A stretch of DNA of 64,000 nucleotides from Verrucomicrobiota bacterium (GTDB taxonomy: Bacteria > Verrucomicrobiota > Verrucomicrobiia > Limisphaerales > AAA164-E04), in contig CP170459.1 of assembly GCA_047947115.1 (NCBI GenBank), positions 5,376,001 through 5,440,000 of the forward strand, in the 5' to 3' direction. The translations under genes were made by a program, and so were the position numbers. Shown piece by piece: positions 28,534 to 37,844 of this stretch. A model generated the notes under the pieces. It was not told the DNA's origin, searched no databases, and worked only from the letters and a program-made list of their open reading frames with translations. Position 1 is the stretch's first letter. Every line of letters starts with the position of its first letter.

Positions 28534-30719
28534 CCCCTGAGCAACAACAACGATTAGACGATTTACTGGATCTTTGGGAGGAGGCCCAGGAAGCGGGCAA
28601 AGACATCTCGCCCGAGTCGCTATGCGAAAAAAACCCTGAGCTGTTACCTCTGCTCAAGCAACAAATTCAATCGCTCGAACAAATTGACGAAGTCTTGGAA
28701 ACCCGAACGGATGCCTTGCAGGAAGACGCCATGGGCGATCTGCCGGAGTCAACCATCAACGAAGATCTCATTGCCAGCATCGGACTGACCGACGCCCAGT
28801 TTCACGCGGAAGGAGCGCTTGGCAGGGTTTATGTGGCCAAGGACAAACAATTGAACCGCGAAGTGGCCATCAAGTTCATGCAGAAACGCCACATGCTTGA
28901 CCGACAACGTCGTGAGCGTTTCTGCCTGGAAGCAGAGATCACGAGTCGATTATACCATCCAGGGGTTGTCCCCGTTCACGGTATCGGGGAGACAAAAGAC
29001 GGACGTCCCTTCTACGTCATGCAGTTTGTACGTGGCGAAACCATGCAGCAATCCATCAACCAGTTTTATGAACACGCCCCCGAATGGGGCGCACACCGCA
29101 GAAATCTGGAGTTCCGCAATCTGCTCTCCCATTTCGTCACTGTCTGCAATACCATCGCCTACGCCCATAACCGCGGCATCATCCACCGTGACCTGAAACC
29201 CGAGAACGTCATCATCGGCCGTTACGGCGAAACCATGGTGGTCGATTGGGGACTGGCCATGCCGGTCGACCGCGATGAAGCCGCCCGTGCCAGTGGAGAA
29301 AAAACATTATTCCCGAGCAACCACGAGGTGCGCCAACGTCAGGCCACCGACCATGGAGCAGGAACTCCGGCTTACATGAGCCCGGAACAGGCTGCGGGGC
29401 AGAATGCCATGTCTGTTTCCAGCGATGTGTACAGTCTGGGCTCGATTCTCTATAAGATATTGTGCGGAAAGAGTCCGGTGGACGGGATCAGCGGCGGACT
29501 CCAACGCATACGGGAGCATATTGCCCAGGGCGACTGGCCGCATCCAAGGTCAATCGACTCAAACTGCCCTCGCCCACTCGAATCCATTTGCCTCAAAGCA
29601 ATGAACCTCCAACCTTCCAACCGCTACAATACGGCACTGGAACTGGCCAGCGAGGTGGAACGTTACTTGGCTGATGAAAAGGTCAAGGCATATGATGAAC
29701 CACCACTCGAAACACCGCTCCGCTTTTTCAGACAGCACCGTCGCATGGGACAGGTCACCATAGTTTCCGTGTCGCTGCTCCTGCTTGTGCTGGTTTGGTC
29801 GGCGGTCAGGTTAGGCATCGCAGCCAGAGAAAGCGAAGTGGTGAACAAGGACCTGCTTTCCTCCGCCGCAAAACTCACCGCCGTCACCGTGCAAAAGGAA
29901 ATGGACGGTCGTTGGTTTCTGCTGGAAAAGGAGGCAGGCAACCAAAAATTGATCCAACGCCTGGTTCAAAGCCAGGGCCCCCTGCAGGAGTCAAACCGAA
30001 TCCCCTTTGTTGACCTCATCCAAGCGGTCAAAGACCGAGCGACCCGGGATGGCGTCGAAGCGGAAACATGGTTCATCTGCAATGCGTCAGGTATTCAAAT
30101 GGCTCGATTCCCACCGGCTCCCTCCATCGGCGGCATGTATGCACACCGCGATTACTTCCATGGAAACGGAATCGATCTGGAAGAAGGCGAACAAGGCTCA
30201 CCCCCTCACATCACCGGTGAATATCTGTCAGTCCCCTATTCCAGCAGCAACGACAAGACTTTGAAAGTTGCCCTCACTTGTCCCATCTACAGCCACCAGG
30301 AAGGGGAGCCTGAACGTCGTTTCCTCGGCGTACTGGGCATGTCCATCAAGCTCGGGGTCTTCGAGGTGCTGACCGGAAATCTTTCGGAGGGTCAGATAGC
30401 CGTCCTGGCCAATTTCGGAAGCGATCACTTCACCGGTCGGGAAAAGAAAGGGTTGTTACTGCATCACCCAAATTTGGAAGACTGGAAAGAATCCAACATC
30501 GCCAAACCTCTTCCACGATTGGACAAAGCTTTGCTCAACCGCCTGGAAAACTCATCGAAAGGTTTTCAAATCGCCGACTATCAGGATCCAGCCGCACGTA
30601 CGACCAAAGAGAAAGGGGTACGCTGGACGGCTGCATTTGAACATGTGAAGTTTCCACACCAGACCGACTGGGGTCAAGACCGAGGATGGATCATCATCGT
30701 CCAACGTCCAAATAGGTGA
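28530..30719 (+). CDS. Hanks-type Ser/Thr protein kinase with TM helix and extracytoplasmic Cache-like domain
   Basis: EGALGRVY, VAIK, HRDLKPENV, DWGLA, GTPAYMSPEQ, SDVYSLG; TM VTIVSVSLLLLVLVWSAV; then YAHRDYFHG...YLSVPY.S...VALTCPI...FLGVLGMSI. Confidence 0.92.
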   Translation: MTPEQQQRLDDLLDLWEEAQEAGKDISPESLCEKNPELLPLLKQQIQSLEQIDEVLETRTDALQEDAMGDLPESTINEDLIASIGLTDAQFHAEGALGRVYVAKDKQLNREVAIKFMQKRHMLDRQRRERFCLEAEITSRLYHPGVVPVHGIGETKDGRPFYVMQFVRGETMQQSINQFYEHAPEWGAHRRNLEFRNLLSHFVTVCNTIAYAHNRGIIHRDLKPENVIIGRYGETMVVDWGLAMPVDRDEAARASGEKTLFPSNHEVRQRQATDHGAGTPAYMSPEQAAGQNAMSVSSDVYSLGSILYKILCGKSPVDGISGGLQRIREHIAQGDWPHPRSIDSNCPRPLESICLKAMNLQPSNRYNTALELASEVERYLADEKVKAYDEPPLETPLRFFRQHRRMGQVTIVSVSLLLLVLVWSAVRLGIAARESEVVNKDLLSSAAKLTAVTVQKEMDGRWFLLEKEAGNQKLIQRLVQSQGPLQESNRIPFVDLIQAVKDRATRDGVEAETWFICNASGIQMARFPPAPSIGGMYAHRDYFHGNGIDLEEGEQGSPPHITGEYLSVPYSSSNDKTLKVALTCPIYSHQEGEPERRFLGVLGMSIKLGVFEVLTGNLSEGQIAVLANFGSDHFTGREKKGLLLHHPNLEDWKESNIAKPLPRLDKALLNRLENSSKGFQIADYQDPAARTTKEKGVRWTAAFEHVKFPHQTDWGQDRGWIIIVQRPNR

Positions 30720-30824
30720 GGTGATATAGGGATTTATGGCGCAATGATTGTGTTTATACTGATCACCAAAAGTATTTGCGCACAAGGGCTCGCTGATGCT
30801 TCTTATTCTCACGCCCGCTGCGCT

Positions 30825-30848
30825 AGGGACGCAGGGACGCAGGGACGC
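30825..30848. repeat. Short tandem repeat (AGGGACGC)x3
   Basis: Three perfect 8-mers in the intergenic space between convergent genes. Confidence 0.8.
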
Positions 30849-30910
30849 AGAGTTTTTTCTGAAATTACTTTTGGCAAACGTTATATAGCCGCAGATAACC
30901 CTCTACCGAA

Positions 30911-32431
30911 TCAACCCTTCATACGCTCGAACAGATTTCGAGTGATGGTCTGCAGGCGGACATCGGGTCCTTGTGGGGAGGTGTAAACCGAAGGCCGCAC
31001 GTATCCGGGAGGTTCGCTCAAGCCATCCCCCCACCAGATCGTCGAGGCATTAAATACCAGATTGCCCTTCGGGGCATGGTACATCGTGGCAGTGAATTCT
31101 CCACCGTTCAGTTGTCCCGGTGCGCTTTGCGTGGGGCCGGATGCCAGAATTTCCAACCCCGGTATGGGAGCCGGATCTCCATGCCATTCCCAACCAACCA
31201 AGCCTGGAATACCATCCCCCACCCGCATACCCGTTCCTTCAAACAACCAGTGATCCGGTTTGCGACAGATCCAATCGGCGCCACCCGTAACAGGTCCGGT
31301 GCTGTGCGCGCCCATCAATTCATTGGCATAGGGGCGTTCATGAAGCAGGCTCGACATCGCTTGAAATTCTCGCGTTCCATCAGGAGGACCAAACACCCCG
31401 ATGCGCTCCATCACGCGATCAGGCATCCCCTGTTGATCCGGCGACAATAAAACCCGACCGCAAACGGCATTGCCGGACAAGAACGCGGCATGCATCCCGC
31501 TTTGAATCGCATGTTCCACATGACGAAACATCGGAAGCGACCAATACTCGTCATGCCCCACTGAGAGAAATCCCTTGCAACGATTCAACCCCAGCGGGTC
31601 GGCATGCGTATCCTGATTCGACACATAAGTCACATCATAACCCTGGGATTCCATCCAGTAAGCAATGGGAAACTCCCAGAGTAAAAACTCACCTGACCCG
31701 GTGCTTAACGGAGCATCAAAAATCTGACAATACTTTCCATACGGCCGATTGAAACACACCTCGACACCGCCGCCCCAGTACCATTCCGTCTGCCCGTTGT
31801 CATAGAGGGCAAACTGGTCCGGCCAACGATTGTATGCCTGCCAGGTATGATCGCTACACTGAAACATGAAATCCGCCTCGCGATCATCACGAAGAATAAA
31901 GACCACATAACTCTGGTAACCATCTTTCAAAGAAGTCAGTTTCCCCAGATAAACACCGCTCAGCCAGTCGTCGGGTATACGGAATTCAAAAGAGGGATCC
32001 CATTGGCAATCGCGACGCCGCTTTTTACCGACCGGCGGATCGGGCTGTTCATTGGCTTGAAACGGCCCCCAGTTGGCAACCTGACGCCCCCCCTTCCCTC
32101 CATAATACCCCATTCGATAGAGATCCAAGGTAAACTCAGACGCAGGCCGCGCACTCACATGCACCCGCAGAGTTTCCCCCGCACGATATCTTGTCTGTGA
32201 ACAATACCCCTCGATCCTCGGACAACGATACCTCGTGGCGGGATCAACCCCCGTTTTAACGAGCATCCAATCCGTTGTTCCTTCTTTCTGATTTTCAGAG
32301 GGGATGGGATTGATCGAAGCGCCCTGACCTCCTCGTCGTAATGCATGACAACCGATGCCACTCAAGGCCAACCCTGAACCAGCCATCATCCGAATGGCAT
32401 GCCTACGATCCATGCGTCCTAAAAATTTCAT
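30911..32431 (-). CDS. N,N-dimethylformamidase large-subunit-like family protein with Tat (lipo)signal
   Basis: DRRHAIR...LSGIGC leader, IEGYCS, LYRMGYYGG.GGR, W.SGVYL.KL, TWQAYN.W, FNRPY, GYDVTY, LSVGHDEYWS, FLSGN. Start uncertain. Confidence 0.75.
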   Translation of the reverse strand: MKFLGRMDRRHAIRMMAGSGLALSGIGCHALRRGGQGASINPIPSENQKEGTTDWMLVKTGVDPATRYRCPRIEGYCSQTRYRAGETLRVHVSARPASEFTLDLYRMGYYGGKGGRQVANWGPFQANEQPDPPVGKKRRRDCQWDPSFEFRIPDDWLSGVYLGKLTSLKDGYQSYVVFILRDDREADFMFQCSDHTWQAYNRWPDQFALYDNGQTEWYWGGGVEVCFNRPYGKYCQIFDAPLSTGSGEFLLWEFPIAYWMESQGYDVTYVSNQDTHADPLGLNRCKGFLSVGHDEYWSLPMFRHVEHAIQSGMHAAFLSGNAVCGRVLLSPDQQGMPDRVMERIGVFGPPDGTREFQAMSSLLHERPYANELMGAHSTGPVTGGADWICRKPDHWLFEGTGMRVGDGIPGLVGWEWHGDPAPIPGLEILASGPTQSAPGQLNGGEFTATMYHAPKGNLVFNASTIWWGDGLSEPPGYVRPSVYTSPQGPDVRLQTITRNLFERMKG

Positions 32432-32691
32432 GTGATGTTGCCAATTGTCAGCACACAACCAGAAAATGCAAACAAAACAACCACGCTGTCAACCAACCCT
32501 ATGGAATGCTCCGGGTCTTGGTTGAATGAAATAGTTAACATTTTGAGCCCAATGTCCGCTCTACTGGTAAGCTTGATAACATGAACGAGGAATCGCATTA
32601 CCCATTATCCGAAATTCCACCAGTCTGGTTTGATCAACTAATCCCCCATTCACATTGCAACACGCAAAATCCTTTGGCACCATGCCCCCAC

Positions 32692-33474
32692 ATGACGGAA
32701 GATACAACATCGGCACAGACATCAATGGACAACTCTCAAAACCCTCAACGGTCCGAGAACCGACAACCGGATCAGTTGCGTACCATCCGGTTCCAGAACA
32801 ACATTGCACCCCATGCAACCGGTTCGACCTTGATTGAATGGGGGAATACGCGAGTCGTTTGTGGGGTCACCATCGAAGAAAATGTTCCGCGCTGGATGAA
32901 GGAGCAAAAGAAGGAAGGCGGTTGGATCACGGCCGAATACTCCATGCTCCCCTATTCCACTCATTCCCGCAAACAACGAGACGCCACCAAGGGCCGCATC
33001 GACGGACGATCCCAGGAGATCCAACGCCTCATTGGCCGAGCCATCCGGGCGGCCGTGGATTTGAAAAAGCTCGGACCTCGCACCATCTGGGTGGACTGCG
33101 ACGTGCTCCAGGCAGACGGAGGCACTCGCACCGCATCCATCACGGGCGGATTTGTCGCCTTGTCTCTGGCGATTCAGACATTGCTCGACAAGGAACTACT
33201 GAAAGAATCCCCCATCATCAACGGAGTGGCCGCAGTCAGTATGGGCGTGGTCAACGGGATCCCTGTGCTGGATTTGGATTATGTGGAGGACGTCAATGCC
33301 GAGGTGGATATGAACCTGGTCATGACCGACAAAGACGAATACATCGAAGTGCAGGGCACGGGCGAAAAAGGCACCTTCCATCATCAGGAACTGACGCGAC
33401 TGCTGGAACTCGGCTCCAAAGGTATCAAAGAGCTGATCGACCTTCAGAAGCAGGCCATTGCTCAGGGACTTTAG
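32692..33474 (+). CDS. rph: Ribonuclease PH
   Basis: GWITAEYSMLP, GRSQEIQRLIGR, DCDVLQADGGTRTASITG, DLDYVED..AEVDMN, EVQGTGE. Start uncertain (32692 or next in-frame ATG). Confidence 0.96.
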   Translation: MTEDTTSAQTSMDNSQNPQRSENRQPDQLRTIRFQNNIAPHATGSTLIEWGNTRVVCGVTIEENVPRWMKEQKKEGGWITAEYSMLPYSTHSRKQRDATKGRIDGRSQEIQRLIGRAIRAAVDLKKLGPRTIWVDCDVLQADGGTRTASITGGFVALSLAIQTLLDKELLKESPIINGVAAVSMGVVNGIPVLDLDYVEDVNAEVDMNLVMTDKDEYIEVQGTGEKGTFHHQELTRLLELGSKGIKELIDLQKQAIAQGL

Positions 33475-33484
33475 AGCCAAACTT

Positions 33485-34447
33485 ATGGCAGAACCCGATA
33501 CAAACCCAATGAGCAAATCAGCCACAACTGAAGCACCCGTCTGGCAAGTTTCACTGGATGTTCCAACGTGCCTTGAGGAACCAATCACGGAACTGCTCGG
33601 CACCTTGCTGGAGCAACCAGCATCCGCATATTGCCCTTTGGAGAGCGACCTGTCCGTGGTTTCGGCGTACATCACGGATCGATCTCATTGGAATGCGGCA
33701 AAAGGGAGACTTCTCAAAGAACAAATCCAATGCTTCTTTCCGGAGGAAGCGGAGGGATTGGACTTGAAAATACACTGTCGAAAAATCAAAGCCAACGACT
33801 GGCAAGAGTCCTGGAAACGACATTTCAAACCGATTGAAATAGGCGAGCGCCTGCTCATCAAACCGAGCTGGAACAAACGAAAGCCCAAAAAAAACCAGCA
33901 ACTCGTAGTGCTGGATCCCGGGCTCAGTTTTGGAACGGGGCAGCATGCCACCACGCGATTTTGTCTGGAAGAGATTGAACGCCTCCAAATAACGTCCCAA
34001 TCGCAGTCGTTGCTGGATATCGGGACCGGTTCAGGAATCCTGGCCATTGCGGCAGTCAAACTGGGATTTTCTCCGGTCAAGGCATTCGATTTTGATCCCG
34101 ACTCGGTGCAGGTGACAAACGAAAATGCTTCGGACAACGGGGTCCTTGATCAGATACAAATCACAAAAAGCGATCTGACCAAACTCAAGCCATCCACTCG
34201 CCAGCGCTACGATTTCGTCTGCGCCAACCTGACGCATGACATATTGAAATCCTGTGCCGACACCATCGTCAACCGGGTCAAACCGGGCGGGTGTTTACTG
34301 CTGGCCGGAATCCTGAAGGAACAATTTGCTGCGGTAAAAAAATGCTTCCAATCACTGGGATTCAAGCAGATCCGCACCCAGGAGGAAAAGGAATGGAAAT
34401 CAGGCAGTTTCAAAGCTCCAACCGTAGAGCAAGGTTCAACAACTTAA
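33485..34447 (+). CDS. prmA: Ribosomal protein L11 methyltransferase
   Basis: DWQESWKRHFKP, LDPGLSFGTGQHATT..CL, LDIGTGSGILAI, ANL, LAGIL. Confidence 0.93.
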   Translation: MAEPDTNPMSKSATTEAPVWQVSLDVPTCLEEPITELLGTLLEQPASAYCPLESDLSVVSAYITDRSHWNAAKGRLLKEQIQCFFPEEAEGLDLKIHCRKIKANDWQESWKRHFKPIEIGERLLIKPSWNKRKPKKNQQLVVLDPGLSFGTGQHATTRFCLEEIERLQITSQSQSLLDIGTGSGILAIAAVKLGFSPVKAFDFDPDSVQVTNENASDNGVLDQIQITKSDLTKLKPSTRQRYDFVCANLTHDILKSCADTIVNRVKPGGCLLLAGILKEQFAAVKKCFQSLGFKQIRTQEEKEWKSGSFKAPTVEQGSTT

Positions 34448-34457
34448 CATTGAATGT

Positions 34458-34639
34458 GAGGGGACTGGTTCCACCCTGGTCCCTGACTTCTTCCTCAGGG
34501 CTCCTCCTGGGCAAAGGGCCTGGAATGGTGGAACTTTTGGCCGTCAAAAAAACAACCACGTTTCCAATGCGGTCCGGATGTGATCCGCAAGCTGTTAGGT
34601 TTGATGCAGGAGTGGGCCCCAAACACGGGACCACTCCTC
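34458..34639. ncRNA. Candidate 182-nt structured non-coding RNA (6S-like size and rod fold; unassigned)
   Basis: Ends pair: GAGGGG/CTCCTC and TGGTTCC/GGGACCA. Nested helices GGGCT.CTCCTG/CAGGAG..GGCCC and GGCCGT/GCGGTC; local hairpin CCCTGA/TCAGGG. No credible ORF. Confidence 0.5.
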
Positions 34640-34675
34640 GGAGATAGTTGATTGAAGCGTTTGGTAATTTATTTT

Positions 34676-36207
34676 GCCTCTTCTTCAGAATCTGTGGGTA
34701 AATTTAGGTTCGGGTAGTTCACCCATTGTGTGAAAAAGGGCTATTTTAAGCACTTCAAAGCTACGATAGCCGTAGGCTTTTCTGGTAGTCAGATTTATTT
34801 TGCGGTTCAAACCCTCAACAACTCCCGACGAAATAGTCTTTTTGGCCCTGAACCAATTCAGGATCAGCGGCTGATGTTTTCGTAGGCTGCTGGCAAATTT
34901 CTTGATGGGTTCCAGACGTGAGCGCATAGCTCTGGTGCACCACTTGTTCAAATACCACTCAGCCCAATATGGGCTAGTGTAATTCCAAAAGAACTCAAAT
35001 GCTTCTTTGAGCAAAAATGCCCGAACACTTTTCAGATCATACTGGAGGACTTCCTCCAGCTTAATCTTTTGATTGGGCGTGAGGTTCTCACGACGTTTGA
35101 GAAAGCAGTATTTGGTGTGTTTAAGCACTTCCTGGTATCCGTCCTGACGCATCTTACGCGCTTCGACCGCCCTGACTTCATTGATTGCTTTGTTCAGATT
35201 GGCTACGATATGGAAGCGATCCAACACGTGGAGGGCGTGTTCGAGTTTTTCCTTAATCACATTGAGATAAGGTTTCCACATGTCCGAACAAACAAATTGA
35301 ATGGACTCAAGTTGCTTTTGAGTGAGGATCTTAAAAAAATCCCGAAGGGATTGCTCGGTTCTCTCCTTGGTGACGCTTAACAATCGGCGCGTGCCTTGAT
35401 CTATCTGGTAAACCACCGTCAGATACTTTTGCCCCTTTCCAAAATGCACCTCATCAACTCCGATGGCATTAATATCGTCCAAACTCCTGTGCTTCAAGCC
35501 GTATTCAACAATGGAAGCAACGGACCGATACACCGATTGCCAACTGACTTCAAAGGTCTGGGCAACTTCTTTCCATGAAAGTTTCCGAGCCCACTGTGCA
35601 AGGAAGTGTTCCATGACACAGGTTATCCGGCTTTTTCCTTTGGCCCAAGGAACCGATTCGATGACAACACCGTCATTGGGGCAGTTAACTCTTCGCATCC
35701 GGTATTCAAGAAACACCGGCCACCCCCATAAGGGGATGAATCGAAACTTTCGTTTTCCAGGACGATGGTCATAGGTGGAAGCACTACGATTGCACTTTGA
35801 ACATACTGGGCGGCTGTTTTGCCGTGGTTCAACGCTTACGACAATAGCTTCGACTCCTTCAACTTCCTGGAAGCATGCTTGGCGATAGACAAAGGATTTG
35901 AATTTATGGCAACGATTGAGCAAGGTTTTCAACAGCATCGGCACTCTTTGACGAGGTTTGTTTTGGCGACGCCATGTTGAGGAGATTGCCGATGCTTTTC
36001 GAATAAAAATCCTCTGGGTTTTTCTTGGAGAAAAACCACACCACCCGTAGGCCCTCTCGCGTCGTGGAAGTCCAGGAAAACATCATATAAGTGCCGAAGG
36101 CCGACTCCGCGTCAGCGGGGGAGTTATGCTGATGTTTTACTGGACTGGAACAGAGCGATAGGGCATCCCGACGTGCTCAATTTACCCACTCTTTTTTGAG
36201 AAGACCC
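34676..36207 (-). mobile_element. Complete ISL3-family insertion sequence (1532 bp)
   Basis: Imperfect terminal IRs GCCTCTTCTTCAGAATCTGTGGGTAAATTT vs GGGTCTTCTCAAAAAAGAGTGGGTAAATTG (21/30 by hand alignment). 8-bp direct repeat TTTATTTT at 34668-34675 and 36208-36215. Confidence 0.93.
34685..35944 (-). CDS. ISL3-family transposase
   Basis: Zn finger CSKC...RRVNC, VPWA, IGVDE, CSDMWKPY, DRFHI, SGVVEGLNRKI...RKAYGYRSF; frame intact. Confidence 0.95.
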   Translation of the reverse strand: MPMLLKTLLNRCHKFKSFVYRQACFQEVEGVEAIVVSVEPRQNSRPVCSKCNRSASTYDHRPGKRKFRFIPLWGWPVFLEYRMRRVNCPNDGVVIESVPWAKGKSRITCVMEHFLAQWARKLSWKEVAQTFEVSWQSVYRSVASIVEYGLKHRSLDDINAIGVDEVHFGKGQKYLTVVYQIDQGTRRLLSVTKERTEQSLRDFFKILTQKQLESIQFVCSDMWKPYLNVIKEKLEHALHVLDRFHIVANLNKAINEVRAVEARKMRQDGYQEVLKHTKYCFLKRRENLTPNQKIKLEEVLQYDLKSVRAFLLKEAFEFFWNYTSPYWAEWYLNKWCTRAMRSRLEPIKKFASSLRKHQPLILNWFRAKKTISSGVVEGLNRKINLTTRKAYGYRSFEVLKIALFHTMGELPEPKFTHRF

Positions 36208-36295
36208 TTTATTTTTATCCCTGCATTTTGTAATCTTTTTGAAACATATCCTCTTTCACATGGGAATATGATGGAAAGACAGCCAAGCAACCAAC

Positions 36296-37255
36296 ATGAT
36301 ACACCCTGCGTTTACATACTTTAAAATAGGATTTTCCTGGTTATTGCTCCTGAATCTGGGGTTGAAAGCGGGTCCGATCCAATGGGGCCAGGTCCCTGAT
36401 GATGCCAAATGGGTGGCCCATATCGACCTGGAAGGACTTCGCCAAACCAAACTCTATCAACAGATACACAACTTGTTTCTCAAAGAGCCCATGGCGGAAT
36501 TGGAAGCCAAAATGGAAACCGAAATCGGCATGAAGATCCCCATCGACGGACTGGTTTCGATCACGGCCTATGGGAAGACACTCTCCAAAGAACCTGACCA
36601 GGACGGCGTATTACTGCTGGAATTAACACCTGAACTGAAAAAAATCGCCTCCACCTGGCTCGCCGGCAACGAATCCGAGAGTAAAACGAAACGACCGGAC
36701 ATCATTCAGCCTGTTGATACCGACATTACAGGCGTTTTCAATGTCGCCAATGAACTGACCATCGCCTCGGATACGGACTCCAATTATTTGTGCCTTGGCC
36801 CCAATCAGGAACGTATTATTGCAAAGGTCAAACAGCTCGGAACCAAGCGGATGGACGGTCCCGCCAAAGAAAGCTTCAGCGTTCACCCAGTCCCAAAAGG
36901 AGCGGTCGCGTATCTGGCAGTGGCCAATATTTTGGAAGAAGCAACTCTCCCGGCGCATCAAGCCAAAGTGCTGCAACTCTCCAAAGGTGCGAGTCTGAGT
37001 TTGGGGGAAGTGCAGGATAATGTCTTCATCAACTTGCATCTCCGCACTCAGGATTCGCAGGCAAGCATGCAGATCCAACGCATCCTCGCCGGCATCCAGG
37101 CGGTTGCCATGCTCAACGCCCAGCAGCCGGAATGGTTTCCGCTGATCCAAGCCATCGATATCCGCAATGATAACCAACGTGTTCAAGTAAACTGGAACCT
37201 GTCATTACAAAATGCCAACAAACTTATTCATGCCCTGCAAGGTACCGGGAAGTAA
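36296..37255 (+). CDS. Hypothetical exported protein, first gene of the ECF/ABC operon
   Basis: Signal-peptide-like N-terminus, VPDDAKWVAHIDL; ends 1 nt before the ECF start. Confidence 0.7.
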   Translation: MIHPAFTYFKIGFSWLLLLNLGLKAGPIQWGQVPDDAKWVAHIDLEGLRQTKLYQQIHNLFLKEPMAELEAKMETEIGMKIPIDGLVSITAYGKTLSKEPDQDGVLLLELTPELKKIASTWLAGNESESKTKRPDIIQPVDTDITGVFNVANELTIASDTDSNYLCLGPNQERIIAKVKQLGTKRMDGPAKESFSVHPVPKGAVAYLAVANILEEATLPAHQAKVLQLSKGASLSLGEVQDNVFINLHLRTQDSQASMQIQRILAGIQAVAMLNAQQPEWFPLIQAIDIRNDNQRVQVNWNLSLQNANKLIHALQGTGK

Positions 37256-37256
37256 C

Positions 37257-37844
37257 ATGTCTGGTCAGATGACACCTGCCACCGTGGACGAACTGGAACC
37301 CACTCTCGAAGAACTGGCCGAACAATGCAAGGCCGGAGACCGAAGCGCCTTTGAACCGCTGGTTCAACGCCTGGAATCGCGCGTAACCTTCTTCCTTTAC
37401 CGCATGGTCGGGAACATGGACGACGCGGCGGACCTGGCACAGGATTCCTTCGTCAAGGCCTACAAGAACATTCACCGCTACGATTCCAAATATTCGTTCA
37501 CCACCTGGCTGTTCACCATCGCCAAACGAACCGCCTTGAATTATTTTCGCGCTGCCAGACCAACGGTCGAGTTCCAGGAATTCACCGAGATGGATGAGAC
37601 CCATCCGGGTTCCCTGCTTGAAAGTAAGGACGAAACCCTTAGTCTCTGGTCTCTGGCAAAACGGGTATTGAAACCCAAACAATACGAAGCCCTCTGGTTG
37701 AGGTATGGAGAAGATTTTACAATTGAAGAAACGGCGCGCGTCATGAAAACGAATCAAATACGCGTTCGAGTGCTAGTGCACCGGGCGCGTGGCACCTTGA
37801 TGCGCCACATCCAGAACGAAACAGGGGAGGAATTATGTCTTTAA
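37257..37844 (+). CDS. ECF sigma factor (SigW/RpoE-like)
   Basis: GDRSAFEPLV, DAADLAQDSFVKAY, FTTWLFTIA, sigma4 FTIEETARVM....VRV.VHRAR. Confidence 0.9.
   Translation: MSGQMTPATVDELEPTLEELAEQCKAGDRSAFEPLVQRLESRVTFFLYRMVGNMDDAADLAQDSFVKAYKNIHRYDSKYSFTTWLFTIAKRTALNYFRAARPTVEFQEFTEMDETHPGSLLESKDETLSLWSLAKRVLKPKQYEALWLRYGEDFTIEETARVMKTNQIRVRVLVHRARGTLMRHIQNETGEELCL

Noticed and set aside
34458..34639. Hammerhead ribozyme on the minus strand (CUGAGGA and GAAAC present)
   Set aside because: Stems I and II flanking the core could not be formed in the required order.
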